Source: Eubacteriales bacterium
Lineage (GTDB): Bacteria > Bacillota > Clostridia > Oscillospirales > SIG627
Assembly (NCBI GenBank): GCA_045660745.1
Contig: JAZREJ010000022.1
Location: 13,232 to 77,231, forward strand
Direction of reading: 5' to 3'
DNA: 64,000 bases
Shown: positions 28,280 to 37,480 of the stretch, piece after piece
Position numbering within the stretch: the first letter of the stretch is position 1
Layout: each line of letters starts with the position of its first letter
Program-made: the position numbers and the translations under genes
Notes under the pieces: model-generated
The model's database searches: none
The model's input: only the letters and a program-made list of their open reading frames with translations
Told to the model about the DNA's origin: nothing

Positions 28280-28950
28280 TTTATATATCCCTTAAAAAAC
28301 TCAGACTCCAGAACGTCGCTCTTGCGTATAAGAAAGGCTTTACCAAACCCGCGAAGAGCAATAAGTCCGTCAAAGACCTCCTCGAACGAGCTGTCGTTCG
28401 GTGTAAAGGTAATGCTCCAAAGAAGCTCGTTTTCACGGTAAAGAGAGGCCGTCACAAAAGTCTTGTGTATCTCAAGCTTTGCGGTCTTATCGCACGCCGA
28501 GTAAAGCTCGCTCTTTTCTTCTTTTATTTTACCAAACAGCAGTTTCATACAAAACAACGTATCGGCAAAAAAGGCTCCTGCAAGAAATCCGATAAAAATA
28601 TGATGCACATCGAGCCACACAAATACCGCGATTGCAATCACCCACCAAATAAGAGACGGTAAAAGAGAGAAAAGATGTACCCGACGTCTTTTTTTCCAAA
28701 CGCCGTCAATATCCTTTTTTTCAAAAAATGCAGTGTATTCTTCAAGAGCCTTTTCGGGATGATCTACCATATCATCAATAGTTACACCGAAGATCTCCTT
28801 TAATCTTATAAGGTTATCTATAGTCGGAAGAGTCTGTCCGTTTTCCCAAAGGCTCACCGTCTGTCGGCTGAGATGAAGTCTCTGTCCAAGCTCTTCCTGG
28901 CTCATATTTTTACTTTTTCTATAAAGCTGTATTCTCTCACCTATTGACAC
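28276..28950 (-). CDS. membrane-anchored XRE-family HTH regulator
   Basis: MSQEELGQRLHLSRQTVSLWENGQTLP HTH followed by two transmembrane helices. Confidence 0.88.
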   Translation of the reverse strand: MSIGERIQLYRKSKNMSQEELGQRLHLSRQTVSLWENGQTLPTIDNLIRLKEIFGVTIDDMVDHPEKALEEYTAFFEKKDIDGVWKKRRRVHLFSLLPSLIWWVIAIAVFVWLDVHHIFIGFLAGAFFADTLFCMKLLFGKIKEEKSELYSACDKTAKLEIHKTFVTASLYRENELLWSITFTPNDSSFEEVFDGLIALRGFGKAFLIRKSDVLESEFFKGYIK

Positions 28951-29003
28951 TGTTTTCGCCTCCTGATCGTTCTGTCATCATTATACTGCAAAACGAAAAA
29001 AAT

Positions 29004-29043
29004 GCAAGCACCGTGTAATTGACTCGTGTCAAGTGGTGCTTGC
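29004..29043. promoter_or_regulatory. nested inverted repeat (terminator and/or operator) overlapping the -35 of the XRE gene promoter
   Basis: GCAAGCACC...TTGAC-n4-GTCAA...GGTGCTTGC; minus-strand TTGCAT (29002-29007) and TATAAT (28980-28985). Confidence 0.55.
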
Positions 29044-29064
29044 TTTTTCCGTTTTTGCCCTTAT

Positions 29065-29367
29065 TTATAGGTCATAAATCCACTTATACTTTTTAAGATC
29101 CACCCTGTTTCCGACTACCTCAACACCATCAGCCTCAAGACGTCGGCGCTGTTCATCTTCTCCTCCAAACACGAAAGATGGGGCGAGATACCCCTTTGAG
29201 TTCACTACCTTGAAGCACGGGTACTTATCTCCGTCGGGGTTTGCGTGAAGCACGTTTCCGACGTACCTTGCAAGATATCTGTTTCCGAGATATTCGGCAA
29301 CCTGTCGGTAGGTCACGACCTTTCCTTTGGGGATGAGGGTAAGATATTCATATACTTTTTCTTTCAT
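29065..29367 (-). CDS. MGMT-family (O6-alkylguanine DNA-binding/methyltransferase domain) protein
   Basis: IPKGKVVTY, ARYVG, PCFKVVNS. Confidence 0.85.
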   Translation of the reverse strand: MKEKVYEYLTLIPKGKVVTYRQVAEYLGNRYLARYVGNVLHANPDGDKYPCFKVVNSKGYLAPSFVFGGEDEQRRRLEADGVEVVGNRVDLKKYKWIYDL

Positions 29368-29376
29368 GTCTCTATC

Positions 29377-30489
29377 CTACGCTATAGCCAGCATAAACAA
29401 AACGAGAATGGCGAGAAAGCCAAAATTAAAGAGCGAAAATTCGAGAATATAGCGCTTTGTTTTTCCGGGATTATATTTTGAATATTGTCTGAATGTTATA
29501 AGACTTGCAAGAGAGGATATGAGAGTGCCCACTCCTCCGATATTAACTCCGATAAGAAGGTCACGATAGTTTTCGGTAAACTGAGATAGGAGTATTGCCG
29601 AGGGAACGTTACTTATAAACTGACAGGAAAATGTGCTTACAAGTAGCGTGCTTTTATTTAGAAGATAGGAGAAAAGCTCGCGCACAACATCGATTCTTGC
29701 CATATTCCCCGAAAAGATGAAAAAGAACACAAAGGTGAAAAGAAGTCCGTAATCAACGTCAAAAAGCGCGCGCCTGTCCATAAACAGAAGTACTGCGGGA
29801 ATGACGATAAGTCCAACGTAATACGGCACACCTCTGAAAACTATGAGTATCGACAGCAAAAACAGGATAAGATAGACGGTTGTTCTGACGGGGGAAAGCT
29901 TTACCTTCTCCGCATTGATTGAAAGCTGCTCGGGCTTTACGAAAATAAAGCAGCAAACCGTGATGAGAGCAATTGAAAGTATGAAAGGCGGTGACATGAT
30001 AAGCATGAACTCGCCGTTTGGAATATTGAATTTGGTATAAAGATAAAGATTCTGAGGATTTCCAAAGGGGGTGAGCATACCGCCGCGGTTTGCGGCAATG
30101 TTTTGCATTATAAAAACGAAAGCCATATGCTTTCCCATGTGCGTTGCGCTGAGAACAAAATATCCGAGCGGCAAAAAAGTGAGAAGCGCCATATCGTTTG
30201 CAATCAGCATTGAACCGATAAAGGTTATATAAACAAGTGCCAAAGTGCACACTCTAGCATTTTTGAATATCTGTACCACGCGCCTTGCAAGAATAAAGAA
30301 AAAGCTTATTCGGCGAAGGGCGCAAACAACCGCCAACACACAAAAAAGACAGGTAAGGGTCTTAAAGTCAAAATACCCGAGATATTTCTTATCGGGAGGT
30401 ACTATAAAAGAGGTTATAAGCGCCGCTGCAAAGGCAATAAGCATAACCGCATTGTTCTTTGCAAACGCCGCAAGCTTTCCGCGTATCAT
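29377..30489 (-). CDS. SLC13/CitM/ArsB-type anion transporter
   Basis: ANDMAL, TPFGNPQNLYL, SNVP and SSLASLI. Confidence 0.85.
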   Translation of the reverse strand: MIRGKLAAFAKNNAVMLIAFAAALITSFIVPPDKKYLGYFDFKTLTCLFCVLAVVCALRRISFFFILARRVVQIFKNARVCTLALVYITFIGSMLIANDMALLTFLPLGYFVLSATHMGKHMAFVFIMQNIAANRGGMLTPFGNPQNLYLYTKFNIPNGEFMLIMSPPFILSIALITVCCFIFVKPEQLSINAEKVKLSPVRTTVYLILFLLSILIVFRGVPYYVGLIVIPAVLLFMDRRALFDVDYGLLFTFVFFFIFSGNMARIDVVRELFSYLLNKSTLLVSTFSCQFISNVPSAILLSQFTENYRDLLIGVNIGGVGTLISSLASLITFRQYSKYNPGKTKRYILEFSLFNFGFLAILVLFMLAIA

Positions 30490-30608
30490 ATAAAAAGCTC
30501 TCCGAAAAATCAGTTTTATGAGCAACGCCCACAGTGTTTTATTATACTCCCGGCAGCATATTTTGTCAACAAAAAAAGACTGCCGAAAATCGGCAGTCTA
30601 ATAATATT

Positions 30609-30992
30609 TTAAAAGTCTATTTTGACAACACACATAATGTCTCCGTCTTCTTCGCAAACGTTATAGATGATATTTTCAAGCTCAGGAAGCTCATTCTTAA
30701 TGGGAGTAAACGATTCTCTCATTTGAGGAATAAGCGATTCATATACACCTTTTATCTGCTCTTTAAACTCGGCAGATGCGTTATTCGTGCCGCTTATAAA
30801 AAAGTTTACAACGATATCATTACCATTTGCACTCACGTCACATTCACCAAGTCCGTCAAAGCTCATTTCCATCATTCTGGCAATGGATTTGCCGTTTTTC
30901 GCAACGTAATCCTTAACCGGGCTTCCCGTAGAGCACGCGACAATCGAAAAAACAAACAGTACCAAAAACAGTGCGCAGATTATTCTTTTCAT
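30609..30992 (-). CDS. small lipoprotein of unknown function
   Basis: MKR..hydrophobic..IVAC lipobox; AAAGAGG RBS; hairpin at 30577-30599 downstream. Confidence 0.7.
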   Translation of the reverse strand: MKRIICALFLVLFVFSIVACSTGSPVKDYVAKNGKSIARMMEMSFDGLGECDVSANGNDIVVNFFISGTNNASAEFKEQIKGVYESLIPQMRESFTPIKNELPELENIIYNVCEEDGDIMCVVKIDF

Positions 30993-31126
30993 TATTATTA
31001 CCTCTTTCAAATTATCATGCTTAGTGTACCACCGTAAGTTGAATTTGTCAATATACATCAAAAATTCAATTCACAACAATTCCTCAAAAAAGAATCGGTG
31101 CATGACTGCACCGATTCTTGAAATTT

Positions 31127-32290
31127 TTAGTTCTTCTTGCCTTTAAAATCGGGGAAGGTTATCGGCATTCCTCCGCATTTAAGAGAAAGCTCGGACAAAG
31201 GAGAAACCGCCATAACAACCGCTCCGTCATAAGCGTTGATAGGCATAGGCTTTCCTTCAAGCACGTGATTGAAAAATTCGCGATAGCAAAGGAAGTCCTT
31301 TCCTCCGTGACCCGTTTCCTTTCTCGTCTCGGGGAGACTTGCCCAGAGCGGATGCTCATACTCCTTGAAGTACTTATTCTCGCTCTCATACATTTCAGGC
31401 ATAAACTCGTGATCCTCGCCGTCAAAGAATATCATTCTCTGATCCTCGCTCGCCATACCCTTAGTACCTCTAACGGTAAGACGGCGGCTATACGGACGCG
31501 GAAGTGTGGTATCAAGCGAAAGAACAACGGTCTGACCGTTTTCACACTTAAGAACGGTAGTTACGATATCGCCCTGCGAGAACTTTGTATCAGCCATTTC
31601 GGGCTTATTGGTCTTTGCCCACTCGTTTATTCCGGCAGCCTTGGACGAGAAGGATGCAAGGGAAACAAATCGGTTGCCTCGGTTAATGCCAAGCACCTGC
31701 ATAAGAGGAACAAGAGCGTGAGACGGATAATTCTCGCGGTTATAATTAAGATATTCATCAAGTCTGTAATGGCGTGCCTCTCTGCCCGTTCCTATCTCAA
31801 TACGAAGGTCATGGCCGTATGCACCCTCGCAGTGAACTATCTCACCGAAAAGTCCTTTTTCAACCATATTGAGAATAGTGAGCTCTCGCTCTCCGTAGCA
31901 ACAGTTTTCACAGAACATATACGGCGTTTTTGTCTCTTCCCATACGCGCACGAGCTCAAAGCAATCCTCAACGGAGTTAGCACCGCCAACCTCTCCTCCG
32001 ACCGCAACACCCTGACGCATAGCGTAAAGCACTATTTCCATACGGCTTCTCCAGGAGGTGGAAACAACAAGGCAGTCGATTCTATCCTTTGTTACAATAT
32101 CCTTGTAATCAGCACTTGTAAATGGAATATTCTTTTCCTTCAAGGTTGCATAATCAACAATTCCCTGCATTCTATCTTCATAAAGGTCGCATACAGCCAC
32201 AACCTCTACCATGTCCATATTATAAAACATTTTCGTAAGACCGGATCCTCTTTTTCCAAGTCCAACAACACCAAGACGAAGCTTTTTCAT
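31127..32290 (-). CDS. GH109-like NAD-dependent glycosidase (Gfo/Idh/MocA family), copy 2
   Basis: GLGKRG, ENCCY, GAYGHDLR, YPSH, DTTLPRPYSR and GHGGKD. Confidence 0.85.
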   Translation of the reverse strand: MKKLRLGVVGLGKRGSGLTKMFYNMDMVEVVAVCDLYEDRMQGIVDYATLKEKNIPFTSADYKDIVTKDRIDCLVVSTSWRSRMEIVLYAMRQGVAVGGEVGGANSVEDCFELVRVWEETKTPYMFCENCCYGERELTILNMVEKGLFGEIVHCEGAYGHDLRIEIGTGREARHYRLDEYLNYNRENYPSHALVPLMQVLGINRGNRFVSLASFSSKAAGINEWAKTNKPEMADTKFSQGDIVTTVLKCENGQTVVLSLDTTLPRPYSRRLTVRGTKGMASEDQRMIFFDGEDHEFMPEMYESENKYFKEYEHPLWASLPETRKETGHGGKDFLCYREFFNHVLEGKPMPINAYDGAVVMAVSPLSELSLKCGGMPITFPDFKGKKN

Positions 32291-32322
32291 TATGTTATTC
32301 TCCTTATTTGAATTTCACAGTC

Positions 32323-32351
32323 ATTATACATTAAAGCACCATAAAAATCAA
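32323..32351 (-). promoter_or_regulatory. promoter of GH109 copy 2
   Basis: minus strand TTGATT-17 nt-TATAAT. Confidence 0.6.
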
Positions 32352-32355
32352 CCGT

Positions 32356-32390
32356 TTATGGGAAATTTACATGTTATGGGAAATTTACAT
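32356..32390. repeat. perfect 17-bp direct repeat with 18-bp period
   Basis: TTATGGGAAATTTACAT-g-TTATGGGAAATTTACAT. Confidence 0.9.
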
Positions 32391-32400
32391 CAGCCACAAA

Positions 32401-32431
32401 AACAGACCGGGAGTCAAGTCTCGGTCTGTTT
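32401..32431 (-). terminator. terminator after GH109 copy 1
   Basis: AACAGACCGGGA...TCTCGGTCTGTT with A-run on the left. Confidence 0.75.
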
Positions 32432-32444
32432 CGCACATTTGTAT

Positions 32445-33608
32445 TTAGTTCTTTTTACCCTTGAAATCGGGTACTGCAACCGGCATGCCTCCGCACTTAA
32501 TGGACATTTCGGTAAGAGGAGAAATAGCCATAAGCACTGCCGCATCATATGCGTCGATGGGCATTGGTTCACCCGAGATTACGTGATTAAAGAAATCACT
32601 GTAGCAAAGATAATCCATTCCGCCGTGTCCCGCTTCTCTTTCCTCGGGAGTAATATTTTTCCAAATTGGATGAGCGTACTCTTCAAAATACTTCTTCTCG
32701 TTTCTGAAAATTTCATCTGTGAAGTAATGTCCGTCCCCGTCAAAATGAATCATCTGCGAGTCCTCACTTGACATTCCCTTAGTACCTCTTACGGTAAAGC
32801 GTCGGCTGTAGGGACGGGGGAGTGTCGTATCAAGCGACAGCACAACTGTCTGTCCGTTTTCACACTTGATAATTGTTGTTACAACGTCACCCTGAGCGAA
32901 CTTTGTATCAACCATTTCCGGCTTATTTGTCTTTGCCCACTCATTGATTCCCATAGCCTTAGAAGACATGGAAACAAGAGAAGTGAATCGGTTTCCTCGG
33001 TTTATATCAAGCACCTGCATGATAGGTCCAAGCTCGTGGGAAGGATAATTCTCACGATTGTAATTAAGATACTCATCAAGTCTGTAATGACGCTTTTCGC
33101 GTCCTGTTGCAATCTCATCTCTGAGGTCATGAGCATATGCTCCCTCACAGTGAATAATGTCTCCGAAAAGTCCTTTTTTCACTATATTGAGAACAGTAAG
33201 CTCACGCTCACCATAGCAACAGTTTTCGCAGAACATATAAGGAGTCTTTGTCTCTTCCCAAACGCGCACAAGCTCAAAGCAATCCTCAACAGAGTTTGCG
33301 CCGCCTACCTCTCCGCCAACCGCAACACCCGCCTTTAAAGCGTAGAGGACTATCTCCATACGGCTTCTCCAAGAAGTGGAAACAACAACTACGTCAACCT
33401 TATCACGAGTTACAACATCCTTATAATCAACGCTTCCAAAGGGCTCGGTCTTTCCGAGATTTCTAGCCTCTTCCTTTATCGCCTCTATTCTATCTTCATA
33501 AAGGTCACAGACGGCAACCACCTCGACCATATCCATATTAAAAAACATTTTAGTGAGACAGGTGCCTCTCTTACCAACACCTATAACGCCAAGACGCAAC
33601 TTTTCCAT
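32445..33608 (-). CDS. GH109-like NAD-dependent glycosidase (alpha-N-acetylgalactosaminidase-like), copy 1
   Basis: GVGKRG, ENCCY, YPSH, DTTLPRPYSR and GHGGMD. Confidence 0.87.
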   Translation of the reverse strand: MEKLRLGVIGVGKRGTCLTKMFFNMDMVEVVAVCDLYEDRIEAIKEEARNLGKTEPFGSVDYKDVVTRDKVDVVVVSTSWRSRMEIVLYALKAGVAVGGEVGGANSVEDCFELVRVWEETKTPYMFCENCCYGERELTVLNIVKKGLFGDIIHCEGAYAHDLRDEIATGREKRHYRLDEYLNYNRENYPSHELGPIMQVLDINRGNRFTSLVSMSSKAMGINEWAKTNKPEMVDTKFAQGDVVTTIIKCENGQTVVLSLDTTLPRPYSRRFTVRGTKGMSSEDSQMIHFDGDGHYFTDEIFRNEKKYFEEYAHPIWKNITPEEREAGHGGMDYLCYSDFFNHVISGEPMPIDAYDAAVLMAISPLTEMSIKCGGMPVAVPDFKGKKN

Positions 33609-33672
33609 AACATCATACCTCTTTTTAAAGTTTGATACCATTCTATACCAACATCTATGAAAAGTCAATCCT

Positions 33673-34887
33673 TTATTTTAAATCTGAGAGCGCTGTTTGA
33701 ATAATAAAATTTCCATAGCACTCAAGGGCATGATAAAAGCCCTCTTTCGAATGTTCAGGGTACCAACGTGACTGATTATGCTCAATAACAATATTCGCAA
33801 GCCCAAGCTCATTATAAGCATATCCCTGAAGATAGCAGCTGCTTTTTATATACTTTCCCGGAATGCGCACAAGGTTCGGCTCTGTCTCGTATCCCTTTTC
33901 AACAAGTCTGTGCCAAACATGGTTTATCACCCTTCGGCTTACCGTGGAATTCTTTGCCTGTATGTTAAACTGATACCACAGACCCTCAAGCGTTCCTCCG
34001 GAGGTATGTAGATCAATAACTACATCTATCTCCTTGGCATAACGCTTCATAAGAGAAGCAACGTTTCGGCTCTCTCTTTGCGAAAATGTGTCAAAGTCAC
34101 GGTTAAGATCCTTTTCGTTACAATTGAATCGCCACTTTTTCTCGTAAGTGCTCCAAACATCAACCACAGGAATTACGATAAGCCTCGTGTTATGTCTAAC
34201 GTGTTCAAGTCCTCTGTCGCTTCCGTCCGAATTACACATAAGCTCAATAAATCTCGCAAGCGACAAAAATCCGTCAAATTCATTTCCGTGTACACCGCTT
34301 GTAATAAAAAGCGTTTTTTCGTACTTTTCGGGAGTGAAGGTGTACACCCACATATCGTACTTTCCGCTTTCGTCAACGCCTATATTTTCGCGTGTTATAT
34401 AATTGGGAAAACGGCGTCTTAAAGGCTCATACACATTTTCAAGAAGCTCGGCACAAGTCCAGTGCCAATCTCCCCAGCTTCCCTCTCCGCCTTCAAGATG
34501 TCCCGCCTCGGGCGGATAAAACCAATCGTCGTCCGTATCGGTTTCAAGCAAAACAGGGTTTTCAAAAACGTCAAATCTTCCGCCCTCGGTGTATATCACA
34601 AGATTTATTCCATCTTCAAGGGGCGTGTACGCAAAGTCACAGCATTCACCGAAAGGAAGATTCGTGTTCTCCTCAAGCTCGCACACGTCAAGCGTTTTCG
34701 TCGCAACAGCACATACTTTTTCGGCGGGCTCATAAAATCTGACTACATAAACATTCCCGAAAGTCAGCGGTATTACATATGATTTCTTGCCCGTAGCAAG
34801 GCTTTTTGAAGTATCCGGATACAAGTCTGTTATATATCCTCTGACGGTCACTTTGCGCTCAAAAAAAAGCGTATCGTTATTCCCCAC
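33673..34887 (-). CDS. M14 zinc carboxypeptidase / desuccinylase-like hydrolase with extra N-terminal domain
   Basis: GVHGNE, DLNRDF and IDLHT zinc motifs. Confidence 0.8.
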   Translation of the reverse strand: MGNNDTLFFERKVTVRGYITDLYPDTSKSLATGKKSYVIPLTFGNVYVVRFYEPAEKVCAVATKTLDVCELEENTNLPFGECCDFAYTPLEDGINLVIYTEGGRFDVFENPVLLETDTDDDWFYPPEAGHLEGGEGSWGDWHWTCAELLENVYEPLRRRFPNYITRENIGVDESGKYDMWVYTFTPEKYEKTLFITSGVHGNEFDGFLSLARFIELMCNSDGSDRGLEHVRHNTRLIVIPVVDVWSTYEKKWRFNCNEKDLNRDFDTFSQRESRNVASLMKRYAKEIDVVIDLHTSGGTLEGLWYQFNIQAKNSTVSRRVINHVWHRLVEKGYETEPNLVRIPGKYIKSSCYLQGYAYNELGLANIVIEHNQSRWYPEHSKEGFYHALECYGNFIIQTALSDLK

Positions 34888-35065
34888 AGTACACCTCCGT
34901 TGTATATGACAAAATTTGGCACGGTATAAACGAACTCTGTCCTTGACTTTTTTCTTTTTACATTATAAAATCATACTATAAATTTTTGACATTGTAATGC
35001 CATATTTCGCAAAATTTACGCCATATCTTGTTTTAAAAGCATGCCGTTTATTGCAGGAGGAATTT

Positions 35066-35848
35066 ATGCATCCTAAATTTGGTATAGAACGCGAAAGAAA
35101 CAACAATCTCTTTTTCAAGTCATATAAAAATGACAAAGGAAAATTTCAGTTTCATTCTCAGATAGAGCTCTACTTCGTTGATAGCGGCGAAATGGAAGTA
35201 GCGGTTGATGACTGTCACAGGCTACTCAAAGAGGGGGAGCTTTCGGTGGCACTCAGTTATCATGCGCATGCCTACAAAACGCCCGTCGAATCCCGCTCAA
35301 GCGTGCTTATCATACCACCTCACATCTGTCCCGAATTTATTTCCGCAACCCGTCACAAGACGGTGTCAAACCCCTTTATCACCGATAAGGAGGTTGTTAC
35401 AAAAATCAAAAAGCATTACAACGAGATTATAAATTGTGAAAACAAAATCACGCTGCTTGGGCACATATATGTAATTTTAGGTCTTGTTATGGATTCTATA
35501 AGTTTCGAGGAGACAGATAAGACCATCGAGCCTGAGCTTTCAAGCCGCATACTGTTTCACATAAACGAAAACTTTAAAAACGATATATCTTTAAGCTCTA
35601 TTTCGCAGGCTCTCGGATACAGCCAAAGCTATATTTCGCGTTATTTCAAGAACTGCTTCAATATAGGTGTCAACAGATACATAAACATAGTACGACTCAA
35701 AAACGCCATTACCCTCATGCACGAACACAAGCACAGTATAACCTATTGCGCACTTGAAAGCGGATTCAACTCCATGCGCACCTTCTATCGTGCCTTCTTC
35801 GACGAATTCGGATGCTCGCCCAAGGATTACATTAACATGAATCCCTAA
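35066..35848 (+). CDS. AraC-family transcriptional regulator
   Basis: cupin FHSQIELY; C-terminal SYISRYFK and SGFNSMRTFYRAF; GGAGG RBS. Confidence 0.92.
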   Translation: MHPKFGIERERNNNLFFKSYKNDKGKFQFHSQIELYFVDSGEMEVAVDDCHRLLKEGELSVALSYHAHAYKTPVESRSSVLIIPPHICPEFISATRHKTVSNPFITDKEVVTKIKKHYNEIINCENKITLLGHIYVILGLVMDSISFEETDKTIEPELSSRILFHINENFKNDISLSSISQALGYSQSYISRYFKNCFNIGVNRYINIVRLKNAITLMHEHKHSITYCALESGFNSMRTFYRAFFDEFGCSPKDYINMNP

Positions 35849-35857
35849 AAAACATCG

Positions 35858-35888
35858 GAGACACTTCGTTTTGAAGTGTCTCCTTTTT
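35858..35888. terminator. bidirectional terminator
   Basis: GGAGACACTTC-gtttt-GAAGTGTCTCC-TTTTT. Confidence 0.8.
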
Positions 35889-35893
35889 GTGTC

Positions 35894-37369
35894 TTATTTA
35901 CCGAGGATAGAAACAAATCTTTCGTAAGCCGCATCAAATGCATCTGTCCCCTGAGGCTCATAGCACTTAATCTCAAATGAACGGCGAACGACCTCTCGAG
36001 CTTCTGCAAGGTCACGGATCTCTCCCATAGCAATAGCCTGAACGAGGAGGTTACCGATAGCGGTAGCTTCAACAGGACCTGCATAAACGGGGATTCCGCA
36101 AGCATTTGCGGTAAGCTGACAGAGAGGAGCTTCCTTGGTACCGCCTCCAACGATATTGATGGAGGGAACCTTTGTTCCGCGAATCTCTTCAATAGCCTTA
36201 ACAACGTAACGATATTTCATAGCAAGGCTCTCAAAGATACAACGGATTATCTCGCCCTTACTCTGAGGAACGTACTGACCTGTACGACGGCAGAACTCTG
36301 CAATACGGCGAGGCTGATCTCCGGGAGGCGTAAATTCGGGAGAATCAGGATCTATAAAGCACTTGAGAGGCTCGGAAGCCATTGCCATATCCGAAAGCTG
36401 ATCGTAGGTAGTCTTTTCGCCTTCTCTCTCCCACTGTCTCTTGGATTCCTGCTCGAGCCAGAGACCCATGATGTTCTTGAGAAGTCTGATAGAGTTATCA
36501 AATCCGCCCTCGTTTGTGAAGTTGTACTTCTCGGTGAGAGGATTGATAAGGGGTTCAGGGTATTCACAACCCATGAGTGACCATGTACCGCTACTGATAT
36601 ATACGAAGTCCTTGTTATCGGAGGGAACGCTGACAACTGCGGATGCGGTATCGTGGGATGCAACGTTAACAACCTTAGCGTTAAGCTTACCAATCTCATC
36701 GGTAACGCCGGGAAGGATATCTCCGAGTACGTTTCCGGGCATTACTATCTTCTGGAGCAGATCGGTGGGAAGACCGAGAGCCTTCATCATATCATACGCC
36801 CAGTCGCGCTTCTTCGCGTCAAGCATCTGAGAAGTGGAAGCAATGGTATATTCACACGCAGGAATACCTGTGAGGAAATAGTTGAGAAGGTCGGGAATGA
36901 AGAGGAGCTTATCCGCAACGTCAAACTGCCAGGGATGAGCGCTGTTCTTGGTTGCAAGAAGCTGGAAGAGAGAATTGAGGTTTACGAACTGAATACCTGT
37001 AGTCTTATAAATTTCAGACTTGGGAACAAGCTCAAAAGCCTTCTCCTGCATACCTGTAGTACGAAGGTCACGGTAGTTGTAGGGGTTATCCATAAGCTGA
37101 CCGCACTTGTCGATAAATCCGTAGTCAACGCCCCATGTATCAATACCCATGGATGCAATGTCTCGGTCGTCACTTGTGGCGCACTTGCCCATAGCAAGCT
37201 TGATTTCGTGGAAAATTCTCATAATATCCCAACGGAATGCACCATTGATGAGAACAGGCTCGTTGGGGAAACGGTGATTCTCTCTGAGAGAGAGCTTATC
37301 GCCGTCAAATGTACCTACGATGCCTCTGCCGCTAGAAGCGCCGAGGTCGATTGCAAGCATTTTTAACAT
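35894..37369 (-). CDS. rhaB: rhamnulokinase (FGGY family; could be a fuculokinase)
   Basis: AIDLGASSGR, GIDTWGVD, HDTASA, SSGTWS, NEGG and PVEATAIGN. Confidence 0.85.
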   Translation of the reverse strand: MLKMLAIDLGASSGRGIVGTFDGDKLSLRENHRFPNEPVLINGAFRWDIMRIFHEIKLAMGKCATSDDRDIASMGIDTWGVDYGFIDKCGQLMDNPYNYRDLRTTGMQEKAFELVPKSEIYKTTGIQFVNLNSLFQLLATKNSAHPWQFDVADKLLFIPDLLNYFLTGIPACEYTIASTSQMLDAKKRDWAYDMMKALGLPTDLLQKIVMPGNVLGDILPGVTDEIGKLNAKVVNVASHDTASAVVSVPSDNKDFVYISSGTWSLMGCEYPEPLINPLTEKYNFTNEGGFDNSIRLLKNIMGLWLEQESKRQWEREGEKTTYDQLSDMAMASEPLKCFIDPDSPEFTPPGDQPRRIAEFCRRTGQYVPQSKGEIIRCIFESLAMKYRYVVKAIEEIRGTKVPSINIVGGGTKEAPLCQLTANACGIPVYAGPVEATAIGNLLVQAIAMGEIRDLAEAREVVRRSFEIKCYEPQGTDAFDAAYERFVSILGK

Positions 37370-37480
37370 AGTGTCACCTCATAATAATATTATTGTATTA
37401 ATTATAACCCCAAAAGGGATATTTTGTCAAGGACAATGAACATAAAAAGGCGGTAAAACCAAAGTTTTACCGCTGTTTTC

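Noticed and set aside
30080-30100. AANRGG where AANLG(G/S) is expected in the anion transporter
   Set aside because: A single substitution in an intact frame is not enough to call a pseudogene or a new function.
31118-32311. 397-aa plus-strand ORF and similar long antisense ORFs elsewhere
   Set aside because: They are antisense shadows of well-supported genes and have no RBS or recognisable motifs.
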